A stretch of 64,000 nucleotides of DNA from Nitrososphaeria archaeon (GCA_041862235.1 JBGVSY010000015.1:11866-75865); one strand, 5' to 3'. Numbered from the stretch's first letter, positions 1 to 10,650 are shown. Translations and numbers: made by a program. The notes: generated by a model from the letters alone, not told the origin.

Positions 1-105
1 ATTCATAACCTACAAGTCTATGACGACTTATCACATCTGATGCGTGAAAGGGACGTTGCGGTGAACGTTATAGTCACCCCCAGAAGAATAGTCAGATGCG
101 CCTAG
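1..105 (+). CDS. 3' end of a gene truncated by the window edge; C-terminus resembles the 5-formyltetrahydrofolate cyclo-ligase family
   Basis: The frame is open from base 1 to TAG at 103-105 and reads ...YDDLSHLMRERDVAVNVIVTPRRIVRCA*. The DV-x-V-x-VIVTP-x-x-I ending recalls MTHFS-type ligases. Only 34 codons are visible. Confidence 0.25.
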   Translation: MHNLQVYDDLSHLMRERDVAVNVIVTPRRIVRCA

Positions 106-117
106 GCTCGCCGCGAT

Positions 118-1380
118 TCATCGGTGCTTACCCCTTCCTCTATGAGACGGTCTCCTTCTCAGGAGAGCCGCAAGGACGGCTACGAGAAGCACCATGGCTA
201 AAGCGATCTGAACCAAGAGAAGCGGGTTGGATCCATCGACATCCTGTGGGTTGCTAGTCGTCGAAACCTGGGTGGTCATAGTAGTTGTCGATGGCTCACC
301 ATCTGAGGTAGGCGCGGAGATGCGCACTCGACCAAGCCTTCCTCCGACATCATCTATGAACCAAAGATACCCATCTGGCGAGGCTGAGGGGCTCGTGGGC
401 CGAACACCTGTTAGAGGAAGCTCCTCAAGACCTTTCTGATCTTGGAAGCCGATCCTTCCTCTTGCGCTGTCGCAATACCAGACCCCGCCGTGTTTATCCG
501 CGACCATGTGAGAAGATGCAGATGCACCTGTCGGGAGAGGGTATTTGTGGATCTCGCCGGAGGCAGATAGATGCATAAGATTTCCCTCACTTGAGATCAG
601 CCAAACAGACTCATCTGAGGAAGGCGTCAACGCGTAGGCGCGTTCAGGCAAAGCTATAAGACTCATCTCCTTGTTCTTGACGTTCACCACGGCAACGCTT
701 CGATAGTCTCTTGTGATCGCCCAAAGATTCTCTTCTGTCTGGCAAATCACGTCTTCACCGTAGGCGACCGCCACCCTGATGCTATCAAGCGAGGTGAGGT
801 TGTCTGCTCGAAAGAGGAATAAGTCTTCGCTGTCGGGAAGTGAAAGCCAGAATCCCAATGGCGACGGAGCGATGTCATAGGGTTGATGTGGGAGCTTCAC
901 GACTAACGGCTGGGTAGAACCTTGGACCAGAACTCCTAGCACGTCTCGATTCGCGAGGAGGAAGAGGACTTTGTCTTGGATTGGAAGAAGCTTCCCAGGC
1001 TTCATTCCTTCTGGGACGAGGTACTCTTCGGTGGCATTGGTTTTGGGGTTAAACGCTCCAACCGTGCTTTGGGACGGAATACTGACCCAGATTCTCCCGT
1101 CAGGGCCTGCGGCGAGTCTGCTGGGCTTGTCGCTGAACGGCGGGGAAGAATACTGGGGCTCTGGAATGGACAGAGTCAACGGCTTTGAAAAAGCCGGAGT
1201 TATGAGGAGTAACAGACCTAGCATCTCCGCGGTGTACCGCAAAGGCCACCCTAGCCTTCCCGTTGCCACAAGGCTGGTAGACCTGCCAAAGGAAGAACTA
1301 GTCAGTATTCTCACCGGTCGACAGTTGATGAGCTTCTCTAATAAATCGTTACGATGAATGCGGGGAAGCTTAAATTCCAA
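118..1380 (-). CDS. Secreted/membrane-anchored beta-propeller repeat protein (Vgb/NHL-like repeats) with Thr/Ser-rich stalk and C-terminal TM anchor
   Basis: 420-aa ORF with repeated motifs GPDGRIWVS, DESVWLIS, DKHGGVWYCD and SPDGYLWFID. The C-terminus is STTTMTTQVSTTS followed by a hydrophobic helix and an RRRPSHRGRGKHR tail. An internal Met53 followed by LGLLLLITPAFS looks like a signal peptide, so the real start may be 1224. Confidence 0.5.
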   Translation of the reverse strand: MEFKLPRIHRNDLLEKLINCRPVRILTSSSFGRSTSLVATGRLGWPLRYTAEMLGLLLLITPAFSKPLTLSIPEPQYSSPPFSDKPSRLAAGPDGRIWVSIPSQSTVGAFNPKTNATEEYLVPEGMKPGKLLPIQDKVLFLLANRDVLGVLVQGSTQPLVVKLPHQPYDIAPSPLGFWLSLPDSEDLFLFRADNLTSLDSIRVAVAYGEDVICQTEENLWAITRDYRSVAVVNVKNKEMSLIALPERAYALTPSSDESVWLISSEGNLMHLSASGEIHKYPLPTGASASSHMVADKHGGVWYCDSARGRIGFQDQKGLEELPLTGVRPTSPSASPDGYLWFIDDVGGRLGRVRISAPTSDGEPSTTTMTTQVSTTSNPQDVDGSNPLLLVQIALAMVLLVAVLAALLRRRPSHRGRGKHR

Positions 1381-1400
1381 GGACCAGGAGTCGACTGTTT

Positions 1401-2780
1401 ATGGAAATGATCAAGAACTTCCATGATCTTCTCAAGAACGTAGATGGCAAGGAAAGGTCCGCCCGGAGAGCTGTGTTGCTGGCAGCAGCCGAGGGTATCA
1501 AAGCAGCTCAACCGGGAAATCTGTTCAGACACAAGGTGGCGAGGAAAGGCGATTCACTTAGGTTGATCAACAGAGCGCTAAAACTCAATAGGTTTGGAGA
1601 GATCCTCGTTCTCGGAGCCGGCAAGGCTTCTGTGAGGATGTACCGGGCTCTTCAGCCATTGATCGAGGACAAGCTAGTCGGAGGTGTTCTAATAGTGCCC
1701 CGCGGAGAAGAGAAGAAGGTCCATGGAGGAAAAGTTCAATTCATTGGCGCTGGACACCCCATCCCCGATGAAGATGGAGAGAAAGGAGCGCGAAGAATTC
1801 TGCAAGTGGCTCGCAGTGCAAGTGCGAACAGCCTTGTCATCTGCCTGATCTCTGGTGGAGGATCAGCACTCATGCCGTCTCCCGTTGAGGGTCTGACGCT
1901 GAAAGACAAGGCATACGTGACTAACCTGTTATTAAAATCGGGGGCCAACATAGAAGAAGTCAACACGGTTCGCAAACACCTGTCGGGAATAAAGGGAGGA
2001 AGGCTGGCCGAAGCCTGCGGTGCAGCCACAGTAGTGACCTTGATCCTCTCAGACGTGGTAGGGGACCCAGTGCATTCCATCGCCTCGGGGCCAACCGCTC
2101 CTGATCCTACCAGCTTTAAGGAGGCCCTGGCCGTTCTGAAAGGGAGAGGCATTTGGAGTAGCGCGCCCGCCAGTGTTCGGAAGAGATTGCTAGCTGGAGC
2201 AGCGGGAAAGGTGAAGGAGACACCCAAGCCCGGAAGTAGGGTATTCAAAAGGGTGACCAACCTGATAATCGGCGGCAACCTAGATGCGTGTCTCACTGCA
2301 AGAGAATCTTTGAGAAAGCTAGAGTTTGATGTTCTGCTACTCACAACTCACCTTGAGGGAGAGGCCCGACACGTAGGAACCGTACTCGGCTCGCTGGCTC
2401 AAAGCGCGGATCGCTATGGGCTTCCTCTGAAGAGGAGGGCGGCTATTGTTGCAGGAGGAGAAACCACGGTAACAGTTTGTGGACAAGGCTCGGGAGGAAG
2501 AAACCAAGAACTGGTCTTGAGCGCCTCTATGAAGATGGCGAGCCTTCGCGGCGCGGCGATGGTTTCTGTTGGAACCGACGGCATAGATGGACCTACGAAT
2601 GCCGCCGGTGCCGTAGTCGACGGAAAGACGGTGTCTAGGTCCAAGGTCATAGGTCTGAGCGCTCAAGACTATCTCAGGGAAAACGACTCTTATCACTTCT
2701 TTGAACGACTTGGAGATCTCATCTTCACTGGCCCGACTGGTACAAACGTTCAGGACATATCAATTCTGGCGATGGTCTAG
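1401..2780 (+). CDS. gck: Glycerate 2-kinase (MOFRL/DUF4147 family)
   Basis: 459 aa. Motifs LISGGGSALM, GGETTVTVCGQGSGGRNQE and VGTDGIDGPTNAAGA are typical of archaeal MOFRL glycerate kinases. Confidence 0.8.
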   Translation: MEMIKNFHDLLKNVDGKERSARRAVLLAAAEGIKAAQPGNLFRHKVARKGDSLRLINRALKLNRFGEILVLGAGKASVRMYRALQPLIEDKLVGGVLIVPRGEEKKVHGGKVQFIGAGHPIPDEDGEKGARRILQVARSASANSLVICLISGGGSALMPSPVEGLTLKDKAYVTNLLLKSGANIEEVNTVRKHLSGIKGGRLAEACGAATVVTLILSDVVGDPVHSIASGPTAPDPTSFKEALAVLKGRGIWSSAPASVRKRLLAGAAGKVKETPKPGSRVFKRVTNLIIGGNLDACLTARESLRKLEFDVLLLTTHLEGEARHVGTVLGSLAQSADRYGLPLKRRAAIVAGGETTVTVCGQGSGGRNQELVLSASMKMASLRGAAMVSVGTDGIDGPTNAAGAVVDGKTVSRSKVIGLSAQDYLRENDSYHFFERLGDLIFTGPTGTNVQDISILAMV

Positions 2781-3559
2781 GTCTGTGCAGGAGGAGTGAT
2801 CTTTCGGCTGAGAAGCACCAGAGCTTTCACCGCAGGCGAAGAAGGGTTGAAATCCAGCGGCGGGATTCCCTTTCTATCTGCATCCGCTATGGATCCGTCG
2901 TAGGGGATCAGGGCCTTCGGGGTAATGTGGTGCCTCGACAGTTCGTCGATCAGGAACTTTTCATCCTCTGCTGACGCCACCTTGTTTCCGATTAGCCACT
3001 TGCTTCGCACGGAGAGCTTACCGGCTAGTTCCGCTATTTTGAGCGACACCTCGACGGACTTCACGCTGGGTTCTGTGACGATGAGTAGGACGTCGAAGCC
3101 ACGTATGGTGCTTCTTCCCAGGTGCTCCAGGCCTGCCTCCATGTCCATTACGACAGCGGCTCTTTCTCCGAGAACCAAGTGTCGAAGAAGCCCCCTGATC
3201 AAAGCGTTTGCAGGGCACATGCAGCCGGAGCCGGCGTCCCTCACTGTTCCTACGACCATCAGTTTCACACGGTCAGGCCCGGTCACCGCGAGCTTGTCAA
3301 CTAGATCATCAACCTGAGGGTTGAGCCTAAATGCTCCACCTCCAAGCGTCGCTCTCTCCTCGATGATTTCCCTGTTTTCGACAAGGGGCACAATCCTGCG
3401 GCGCACCTCCTGAGGTATGCCCAGCGCCGGGGCGAGGTTCAGGGTGGCGTCAGCGTCAACGGCCAGGACATCGAAACCATTTCTCGCCAGCAATCTAGAG
3501 AGGGTTGAGGCCACTAGGGTCTTTCCTGAGCCACCCTTCCCCGCCACAGCGATCTTCAA
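2777..3559 (-). CDS. cooC: CooC-type Ni-insertion ATPase (CODH/ACS maturation factor)
   Basis: 260 aa with an apparent TTG start. It has an N-terminal deviant Walker A (KIAVAGKGGSGKT) and the metal-binding C-x-C motif (GSGCMCP). It is divergent from cdhA. Confidence 0.85.
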   Translation of the reverse strand: MKIAVAGKGGSGKTLVASTLSRLLARNGFDVLAVDADATLNLAPALGIPQEVRRRIVPLVENREIIEERATLGGGAFRLNPQVDDLVDKLAVTGPDRVKLMVVGTVRDAGSGCMCPANALIRGLLRHLVLGERAAVVMDMEAGLEHLGRSTIRGFDVLLIVTEPSVKSVEVSLKIAELAGKLSVRSKWLIGNKVASAEDEKFLIDELSRHHITPKALIPYDGSIADADRKGIPPLDFNPSSPAVKALVLLSRKITPPAQT

Positions 3560-3753
3560 CGAGGATATCTCCGCGGCGGGCAGGGCTGCTTCCTGTAGAT
3601 AAACCTAGTTCCAGGCAATCATCAAATCCTCAGTCTGTTTCTACCGAAAATCCTTAAATGGCATACCCTTATCTGGCGCCCGAAGGTTTTTTGCCACAGC
3701 GAACTTTTCACATTCCGTCTTGATCTGGGTGATGACAGTTGAGTAGTAGGAGT

Positions 3754-6084
3754 ATGAAGCTGAAGGTTAAAGAGCTGAAGACAGGTCTCGGGACCTTCAA
3801 GGACCTTGAGATATCCCTTGGCAGAGTGGTGGACGAGTCCTGGGAAGAACCCATGGGCCCGACCCCATATCCCAGCATCACAGATCTCAGACAATGGGAT
3901 AGGACACTTCTGAAAAGATACAAGCCTTTCTACATGCCGTTCTGTGACTTGTGTTGTCTCTGTACCTACGGGAAGTGTGATCTAACCGCCGGAAAGCGAG
4001 GGGCATGCGGCCTAGATGTGTTTGGTCAACAGTCGAGAGTCGTGCTTCTGGCAGTTTGCATTGGATGCAGCACCCACACCTCTCACGCCAGGGAAATGGT
4101 TGAGCACCTGATCGAGAAACTTGGTAGAGGGTACCGCCTCGATGCGGGGAACGCAGTGCAGGTAGAAGCACCGCTGACGAGGTTGGTCTGCGGCGTGCGG
4201 CCTCAGAACCTAGGTGACCTCGAAGAAGTGCTGGAGTATATCGAGAATCAAATCACCCAGCTGCTCGCCGCCACTCACACGGGGCAAGAGGGCGATCCTT
4301 TGGACTTCGAGTCTAAGGTCTTCCATGGTGGGATGCTGGACCATGTAGCCTTGGAGGTGGCGGACATAGCTCAGATATCTGGATACAACTTCCCCAAGTC
4401 AGAGCCGGATGCTCCCTTCGCTGAAATCGGGTTAGCCTCGATCGACACCAGCAAACCGGTTGTTCTCTGCGTTGGGCACAACGTTGCGAGTGGCGTCGAG
4501 GTGATGGACTATCTAGCCGCGAACAGGTTGAGCGGCAAGATGGAGGTATGCGGCCTGTGCTGTACTGCCATCGACATTACACGCTATGATCAGAGCGCCA
4601 AGATCGTGGGCCCGATGTCGTGGGAACTGCGCTTCCTGCGAACCGGAATTCCCGACGTGATCATGGTCGATGAACAATGCGTCAGGGCGGACACTCTGGA
4701 GGAGGCACAGCGAATAGGGTCTTCGGTCATCGCCACCTCTAACAAGATCACGTACGGGTTGCCTGATCGAACCCACGACGACGCCGATTCCATCGTCGAC
4801 GACCTGGTCCACAAGAAAATTCCGGGCGCAGTGATCCTCGATCCTGAACTGGCGGGTGAGGTAGCTGTAAGAACGGCTTTGCAGGTCGCTCCCAATCGAA
4901 CGTCGATGAAAAAACCCTTGAGCATAGAGGATGTGATCAAGAAGGCGGAAGAATGCGTGCGATGCGAGGAGTGCCTGCGCGCCTGTCCCAACGGTTTGGA
5001 CGTGGAAAACGCCGTTCAGGCTGCAAGAGGCGGCGACCTCTCGAAATTAGTTGAGATATATCATAACTGCATCGCATGCGGCCGCTGCGAAGAGGCATGT
5101 AAGTCTCACCTGCCGCTGATCACAATGTTCCAGAGAGCCGCAGACGACGTCGTGAGGGACGAGAAATTCGCGGTGAGGGTGGGTAGGGGTGCCATTCAAG
5201 ACACTGAGATCCGAGAGGTAGGGGCTCCCATAGTGCTCGGTGAGATCCCCGGGGTCATCGCCTTCGTAGGATGCCCTAACTATCCACGTGGCCCTGACGA
5301 CCTGATCGAGATGGCGGAGCAGCTCCTGCGTCGCAACTACATCGTGACCGCCTCAGGATGCAGCGCTATGACGATCGGCATGCGTAGGGGCGAGGAAAAC
5401 AAGTCCCTATACGAGGAGTACCCAGGAAGCTTCTCCGCGGGAGGATTGGTAAACGTCGGGTCCTGTGTCTCTAACTCCCACATCACGGGAGCCGCCGTAA
5501 AGATCGCCAGCATCTTCGCCAAGAGAAAGCTTCGAGGCAACTTTGAAGAGATCGCAGACTATATTCTGAACAGGGTGGGAGCTGTGGGTATAGCGTGGGG
5601 AGCGATGTCCCAGAAGGCAGCGTCCATCGCGTCTGGGTGTTGGCGACTCGGCATTCCAGTCATCGTGGGTCCCCATGGAATAAAGTACAGACGAATGCTC
5701 TTGGGACGAAAAGAGAAAAAGGAGGACTGGATGGTCTACGACGCTCGGAGCGGCGAGAAGGTTTACGTAGGCCCGGCACCAGAGCATCTGTTCTACACAG
5801 CCGAGACTAAGGAGGAGGCGATAGTCATGGCAGCGAAGCTATGCATCAGGGCCAACGACACCTCGAAGGGAAGGCAGATCAAGCTCAGCAACTACATCGA
5901 CCTGCATAAACGCTACTACGGCCGTATGCCCGACGACATCCATCTCTTGGTGCGCACCATGGCCGACGTTCCCATCACGATGAAAGAAGAGATCCTGAAG
6001 ATCCTCGAGGAGAAAGGGTGGGAAGAGACGATCATCCCCGACCCCACTCTGCTTCCGAGGATGATCAGGAAGCGGGTGGAGTAA
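3754..6084 (+). CDS. cdhA: Acetyl-CoA decarbonylase/synthase complex subunit alpha (CODH catalytic subunit)
   Basis: The N-terminal Cys cluster is CDLCCLCTYGKCDL. Two ferredoxin-type motifs (CVRCEECLRACP and CIACGRCEEACK) are inserted as in archaeal CdhA. ATG 3754 is preceded by TAGGAG; the ORF track begins at TTG 3739. Confidence 0.9.
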   Translation: MKLKVKELKTGLGTFKDLEISLGRVVDESWEEPMGPTPYPSITDLRQWDRTLLKRYKPFYMPFCDLCCLCTYGKCDLTAGKRGACGLDVFGQQSRVVLLAVCIGCSTHTSHAREMVEHLIEKLGRGYRLDAGNAVQVEAPLTRLVCGVRPQNLGDLEEVLEYIENQITQLLAATHTGQEGDPLDFESKVFHGGMLDHVALEVADIAQISGYNFPKSEPDAPFAEIGLASIDTSKPVVLCVGHNVASGVEVMDYLAANRLSGKMEVCGLCCTAIDITRYDQSAKIVGPMSWELRFLRTGIPDVIMVDEQCVRADTLEEAQRIGSSVIATSNKITYGLPDRTHDDADSIVDDLVHKKIPGAVILDPELAGEVAVRTALQVAPNRTSMKKPLSIEDVIKKAEECVRCEECLRACPNGLDVENAVQAARGGDLSKLVEIYHNCIACGRCEEACKSHLPLITMFQRAADDVVRDEKFAVRVGRGAIQDTEIREVGAPIVLGEIPGVIAFVGCPNYPRGPDDLIEMAEQLLRRNYIVTASGCSAMTIGMRRGEENKSLYEEYPGSFSAGGLVNVGSCVSNSHITGAAVKIASIFAKRKLRGNFEEIADYILNRVGAVGIAWGAMSQKAASIASGCWRLGIPVIVGPHGIKYRRMLLGRKEKKEDWMVYDARSGEKVYVGPAPEHLFYTAETKEEAIVMAAKLCIRANDTSKGRQIKLSNYIDLHKRYYGRMPDDIHLLVRTMADVPITMKEEILKILEEKGWEETIIPDPTLLPRMIRKRVE

Positions 6085-6086
6085 AC

Positions 6087-6623
6087 GTGTCAGCCACAGC
6101 GTGGCAGAAAGCAGAGGTCGCTGGACCCAAGAAAGCTCTAGTGATCACCAAGCCCCAAGTCGTCTCAGCTATGATCAAGCGGTCGAAGATGCCAATAATG
6201 ATCGCTGGTCACAAGGTCACAGAGACAGCCGTGAGTAACAAGCTACTCGTGGACTACCTGATAGACCTTGTAGGCCTGGCCGGAATCCCCGTCGTCGCCA
6301 CGGCACACATGATAGGTGAGTTCGATAAACGAGGATATCGTCCCAAAGCAAGCATGTCACTGGTCGATGTCTGCAACAGGTTGACGGATGCCTCTTGGTC
6401 CCTAGAGGGAAGCGGCTCCCACGACTTGGCTCTTTTCGCGGGGCACGACTACTACATGCAATGGTTGGCGCTATCAGGGTTGAAGCATGCAGCACCCCAG
6501 CTAAAAACCATCTCCCTGGATCGATACTATCAGCCACACGCCACCTGGTCCTTTCCAAACCTCAGCGAGCAAGAATGGTCTAATAGCCTACAACAGGTGC
6601 TTCGAGGCGTAGGAGGCCAGTAG
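6087..6623 (+). CDS. cdhB: Acetyl-CoA decarbonylase/synthase complex subunit epsilon
   Basis: It follows cdhA directly; GTG at 6087 lies 2 nt after the cdhA stop. The ~178-aa size and position fit CdhB. The track ORF from 6018 would overlap cdhA by 67 nt. Confidence 0.75.
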   Translation: MSATAWQKAEVAGPKKALVITKPQVVSAMIKRSKMPIMIAGHKVTETAVSNKLLVDYLIDLVGLAGIPVVATAHMIGEFDKRGYRPKASMSLVDVCNRLTDASWSLEGSGSHDLALFAGHDYYMQWLALSGLKHAAPQLKTISLDRYYQPHATWSFPNLSEQEWSNSLQQVLRGVGGQ

Positions 6624-6625
6624 AC

Positions 6626-8017
6626 GTGTCGATGTTTAAGGACATACCGGTAGAGGTGGGGGTAGTCTATGAGGGAGAAAGAATTAGGAAAGGCGACATG
6701 TATGTGGAGCTGGGAGGCCCAAACATCGATCACAAATTTGAATTAGTCCAAGTGAAAAATCCGGAAGAAATCGAAGACGGCAAGATAACGGTGATCGGCC
6801 AGGACCTGAAGGACTTGGAGAAGGGGAAAAGTTACCCCTTCGGCATCCTAGTCGAGGTGTCAGGAGAACAATTGGAGGAAGAGTTGGCAGGGGTGATTGA
6901 GAGGAGAATTCACGAGTACACCAACTACATCCAAGGAGCTATGCACCTAAATCAAAGGTACGACATATGGTGCCGGGTGAGCACAAAGTCCTTTGAAAAA
7001 GGCCTTGACTCGTTCAAGATCATTGGAAAGGTGCTGCAAAGACTGTACAAGAGCGAACTGCCCATCATAGAGCGAATTCAAATCACATTTATGACTGACC
7101 CCGAAAGGACCAAGGAGCTGTTTGAAAAAGCCCTGGGGATCTACGCTGCACGTGACGCAAGGTCGAGGGGAATGAAGGATGACGAAGCGGATGCCTTCTA
7201 CGGCTGCCTTCTCTGCCAGTCGTTTGCCCCCACCCATGTGTGTGTCATCACCCCTCAGAGGTACTCTAATTGCGGGGCTATCAGTTGGTTCGACGGGAGG
7301 GCGGCTTCGAAAGTTGATCCGAAAGGCCCTCTATATCGCGTTGAGAAGGGCGAGTGTCTAGACGCCGTCAAGGGCGAGCATTCCGGTGTGAATCAAACGG
7401 TTCAGAAGAAATCCCTGGGGGAGATCAAGAGAGTTTGGTTGTACACGGCGTTTGGCTACCCACACACATCTTGCGGATGCTTCGAGGCAGCCGCGTTCTA
7501 CATTCCTGAAGTGGACGGACTGGGGATAGTGGACAGAAGTTTCAAGGGAGTAGCGGTCAATGGACTTCCCTTCTCGACGATAGCTGATTCGACCGCGGGA
7601 GGAAGACAAGTAGACGGCTTCCATGGACTCTCTATCGAATACATGCGTTCACCCAAGTTCCTTCAGGTGGACGGAGGCTGGAACCGAGTTGTCTGGTTGC
7701 CGAGTGCGGTGAAGGAAAAGGTTAGGGAATTCATTCCGCAGGACATGGTTGACATGATCGCAACCGAGAAGGACGTGTCAACTGTAGATGAGTTGAAAGC
7801 ATTCCTTGAGGAGAAGCAGCACCCCGTCGTTCAGCGATGGAAGGAAAAACCGGAGGAGGTGCTGGTAGCGGCTTCGCAACCCCAAGAGGAGGGAGTAGAA
7901 GGGACAGCGGTTTTGCAGTTGCCGAGTACGTCCGGGGCAGCGGAATTCGAAGTGATTCTTGAGGGCGCAAAGATTCATGCGAGGAAGTTGACGTTCAAGA
8001 AGGTGCGGAGAAAGTGA
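6626..8017 (+). CDS. cdhC: Acetyl-CoA decarbonylase/synthase complex subunit beta (acetyl-CoA synthase, A-cluster)
   Basis: 463 aa. A-cluster ligand regions are CLLCQSFAPTHVCVITPQR, CGAISW and HTSCGCFE. Confidence 0.9.
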   Translation: MSMFKDIPVEVGVVYEGERIRKGDMYVELGGPNIDHKFELVQVKNPEEIEDGKITVIGQDLKDLEKGKSYPFGILVEVSGEQLEEELAGVIERRIHEYTNYIQGAMHLNQRYDIWCRVSTKSFEKGLDSFKIIGKVLQRLYKSELPIIERIQITFMTDPERTKELFEKALGIYAARDARSRGMKDDEADAFYGCLLCQSFAPTHVCVITPQRYSNCGAISWFDGRAASKVDPKGPLYRVEKGECLDAVKGEHSGVNQTVQKKSLGEIKRVWLYTAFGYPHTSCGCFEAAAFYIPEVDGLGIVDRSFKGVAVNGLPFSTIADSTAGGRQVDGFHGLSIEYMRSPKFLQVDGGWNRVVWLPSAVKEKVREFIPQDMVDMIATEKDVSTVDELKAFLEEKQHPVVQRWKEKPEEVLVAASQPQEEGVEGTAVLQLPSTSGAAEFEVILEGAKIHARKLTFKKVRRK

Positions 8018-9219
8018 AGGCGGAGAAAAATAGGAAAGAAATGGACGATATCATTAGCAGACTGGTAGAGAACCTGGCGAAGTTTGGAGAGATCGAGCTC
8101 GAGGACGTAACCATCGAAGCTCAAAGACTTAGGATTAGGCTGCCGCAAGCACTTCTGCCTGCGGTCCGAAGGAAGATCGCTCCTCCAGCCCCGGCGTTGC
8201 CCAAAGAGATCGCAAGAGTCGAATTCACGTACCCTAAGACGCAGTGGCTTGGAAAGGTGATCGAGGTGAAAATCGGTGCGACCAAAGCGGAGGGTGGTAC
8301 ACGAAGCAACTCCGTGACCATAGGCGGCGAAACGGCGCCTCCCTTCTATAGTTTCGCTGCACCGATGACCTATCCGCCCGTGATAGCCTTTGACGTCTTC
8401 GACATGAAGACCTCTCTCCCACGATCCATTAGAACGCATTACGAAGAGGTCATGGAGGACCCGGGTGAATGGGCAAAGAGATGCGTTAACAAGTACAATG
8501 CGGAGATGATCAACCTCCACCTTATCAGCACCGACCCGCTTGTGAAGGATACGACTCCAAGGGAAGCCGCCAAGAGTGTTGAGACGGTGCTGCAATCCGT
8601 GAATGTCCCTATAACCGTGGGTGGAAGCGGAGATCCAGCCAAGGACATGGAGGTCTTCAAGAAGGTGGCTGAGGTCGCTGAGGGTGAACGTGTTATGGTC
8701 AACAGCATCGTGAAGGAAATGGATCTCTCCCAGGTCGCTTCCATCATGAAGGAGCACGGACATATTGTCGTTGCGTTCACTCCCATGGATCTTGACCTCG
8801 CCAGAGAGCTGAACAGAAAGCTCTTCGATTATATGCCCAAAGACCAGATCGTCATGGATACGAACACGGGTGCCCTCGGCTACGGACTGGAGTATGGGTT
8901 CACGGTGATGGAGAGAGCTCGCTTGGCCGCCTTGAGGGGAGACGAGGAGCTTCAGCAGCCACTTCTCGCGGGGACCACAAACGCATGGGGTGCCAGAGAA
9001 TCTTGGTTGAAGATGGACTCGCAGTGGGAGCCAAGGGAGCTTCGGGGGCCTCTCTGGGAGTTCACGACAGCTCTCACGATGATGTTGGCCGGAGCAGACT
9101 ACCTTATGATGATGCATCCAGCGTCGATCAAGACACTGAAAGATGTCATAAACGACTTCCTGACTGGGGAGGTCGACGCCGAGACAGACATCAGCAACTG
9201 GGTTAGCGCCAAAATCTAG
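8014..9219 (+). CDS. cdhD: Acetyl-CoA decarbonylase/synthase complex subunit delta (corrinoid protein small subunit)
   Basis: 401 aa. The GTG start overlaps the cdhC stop (GTGA). Position and size fit CdhD, and the TIM-barrel-like sequence has no Cys cluster. Confidence 0.8.
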   Translation: MKAEKNRKEMDDIISRLVENLAKFGEIELEDVTIEAQRLRIRLPQALLPAVRRKIAPPAPALPKEIARVEFTYPKTQWLGKVIEVKIGATKAEGGTRSNSVTIGGETAPPFYSFAAPMTYPPVIAFDVFDMKTSLPRSIRTHYEEVMEDPGEWAKRCVNKYNAEMINLHLISTDPLVKDTTPREAAKSVETVLQSVNVPITVGGSGDPAKDMEVFKKVAEVAEGERVMVNSIVKEMDLSQVASIMKEHGHIVVAFTPMDLDLARELNRKLFDYMPKDQIVMDTNTGALGYGLEYGFTVMERARLAALRGDEELQQPLLAGTTNAWGARESWLKMDSQWEPRELRGPLWEFTTALTMMLAGADYLMMMHPASIKTLKDVINDFLTGEVDAETDISNWVSAKI

Positions 9220-10650
9220 GTGGAGAACTTGCCGTCCAAGACCCTCAGTCCGATCGACATCTACGGGTTGCTGCCTCGCACAAACTGCAAAGAATGTGGC
9301 GAAGCAAACTGCATGGCATTCGCCGTCAAGCTGGTCAACAAAGAGACGGAGCTGCGGCTCTGCACGCCGCTGGTCACCGAGGAAAGGTTCAAGCGAGCCT
9401 ACGAGGAACTGTGGGAAATGCTGAAGCCACCCGTCGCAGAGGTGGAGATCGGCACCGGGGAGCGAAAGGTCAAGATAGGCGGTGAATATGTGCTGCATCG
9501 CCACGAGCTGACGTACTTCAACCCAACGGCAATAGCGATAGACATCTCTGACGACATGGGCGAGGAAGAAATCATCGACAGGGTGAAGAAGACCGAGGAC
9601 TTCACCTTCACCTACATCGGTATGGAACTCAAGCTCGACATGCTTGCGATACGCTCCGTCCTGAACGACCAAACCCGCTTCAGAGAAACCGTGAAGAAGG
9701 TTGCGGACAACACCGATCTACCACTCATGCTGTGTGCACTGAATCCAAAAGCCATGGAAGCAGCCTTGCAAGTTGTCGGAGACAGGAGACCGCTGCTGTA
9801 TGCCGCGACCGAGCAAAGCTGGAGAGAGATGGCTGACCTCGCCCTGAAGCACAAGTCTTCGCTAGCGGTTTTTGCACCGAACGACCTCACGATGCTCAGC
9901 TCCCTCACGAAGACGTTAGCAGAATCCGGGCTAACTGACCTCGCCCTCGACCCAGGCACCATCCCCAAAGGCGGCCTATCTAGCATGATCAACGCCTTCA
10001 CGGCACTACGATGGAAGTCGCTTAGAGATGGCGACGAGCTGTTGGGATTCCCTCTCATCGGAACGCCCATCACCGCCTGGATAACGCTGGACGGCGACCC
10101 AGACATCAAGGCCTGGTGGGAGGCATGCATCGCTAACACCCTAATAACAAGATACGCCGATCTCCTAGTGATGCACAGCCTAAAGGGCTGGTCACTTCTA
10201 CCCAGCACATTCCTGCGGCAAAACATCTACAACGACCCGAGAAAACCCGTCTCCGTGAAGCCGGGGCTCAGAGTGCTCGGCAACCCCGACGAGTACGCAC
10301 CTGTCATGATGACCACGAACTTCGCCTTGACCTTCTACACCGTTAAGTCAGACATCGAGGCTGCAAAGGTCGACTGCTACCTCCTAGTTGTGAACAGCGA
10401 GGGAATCGCCGTGGACTGCGCTGTTGCCGGACGAAAGATCACCCCTGATTCAATAGCGGAGGAACTGAAGAACTCCGGTGTAGACCTAAAAGTCAAACAC
10501 CGCATTCTCATCGTACCCGGTAAGGCCGCGCGTCTTTCAGGCGAAATCGAGGACGCCACAAAGCTAGAGTGGAAAGTCGTCGTGGGGCCAATGGATTCCT
10601 CGGGGATTCCTAAGTTTGTGAACACCGAATGGAAGAGCATGGACAAATGA
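9220..10650 (+). CDS. cdhE: Acetyl-CoA decarbonylase/synthase complex subunit gamma (corrinoid Fe-S protein large subunit)
   Basis: 476 aa with an N-terminal [4Fe-4S] motif (CKECGEANCMAFA...LC). GTG follows the cdhD stop directly. Confidence 0.85.
   Translation: MENLPSKTLSPIDIYGLLPRTNCKECGEANCMAFAVKLVNKETELRLCTPLVTEERFKRAYEELWEMLKPPVAEVEIGTGERKVKIGGEYVLHRHELTYFNPTAIAIDISDDMGEEEIIDRVKKTEDFTFTYIGMELKLDMLAIRSVLNDQTRFRETVKKVADNTDLPLMLCALNPKAMEAALQVVGDRRPLLYAATEQSWREMADLALKHKSSLAVFAPNDLTMLSSLTKTLAESGLTDLALDPGTIPKGGLSSMINAFTALRWKSLRDGDELLGFPLIGTPITAWITLDGDPDIKAWWEACIANTLITRYADLLVMHSLKGWSLLPSTFLRQNIYNDPRKPVSVKPGLRVLGNPDEYAPVMMTTNFALTFYTVKSDIEAAKVDCYLLVVNSEGIAVDCAVAGRKITPDSIAEELKNSGVDLKVKHRILIVPGKAARLSGEIEDATKLEWKVVVGPMDSSGIPKFVNTEWKSMDK

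Noticed and set aside
7975-9672. 565-aa ORF on the minus strand, the second-longest minus-strand ORF in the first 25 kb
   Set aside because: It lies entirely antisense to cdhD and cdhE, whose sense-strand products carry clear family motifs. Its translation is low-complexity and Leu/Arg/His-rich with no recognisable domain, so it is a shadow ORF.
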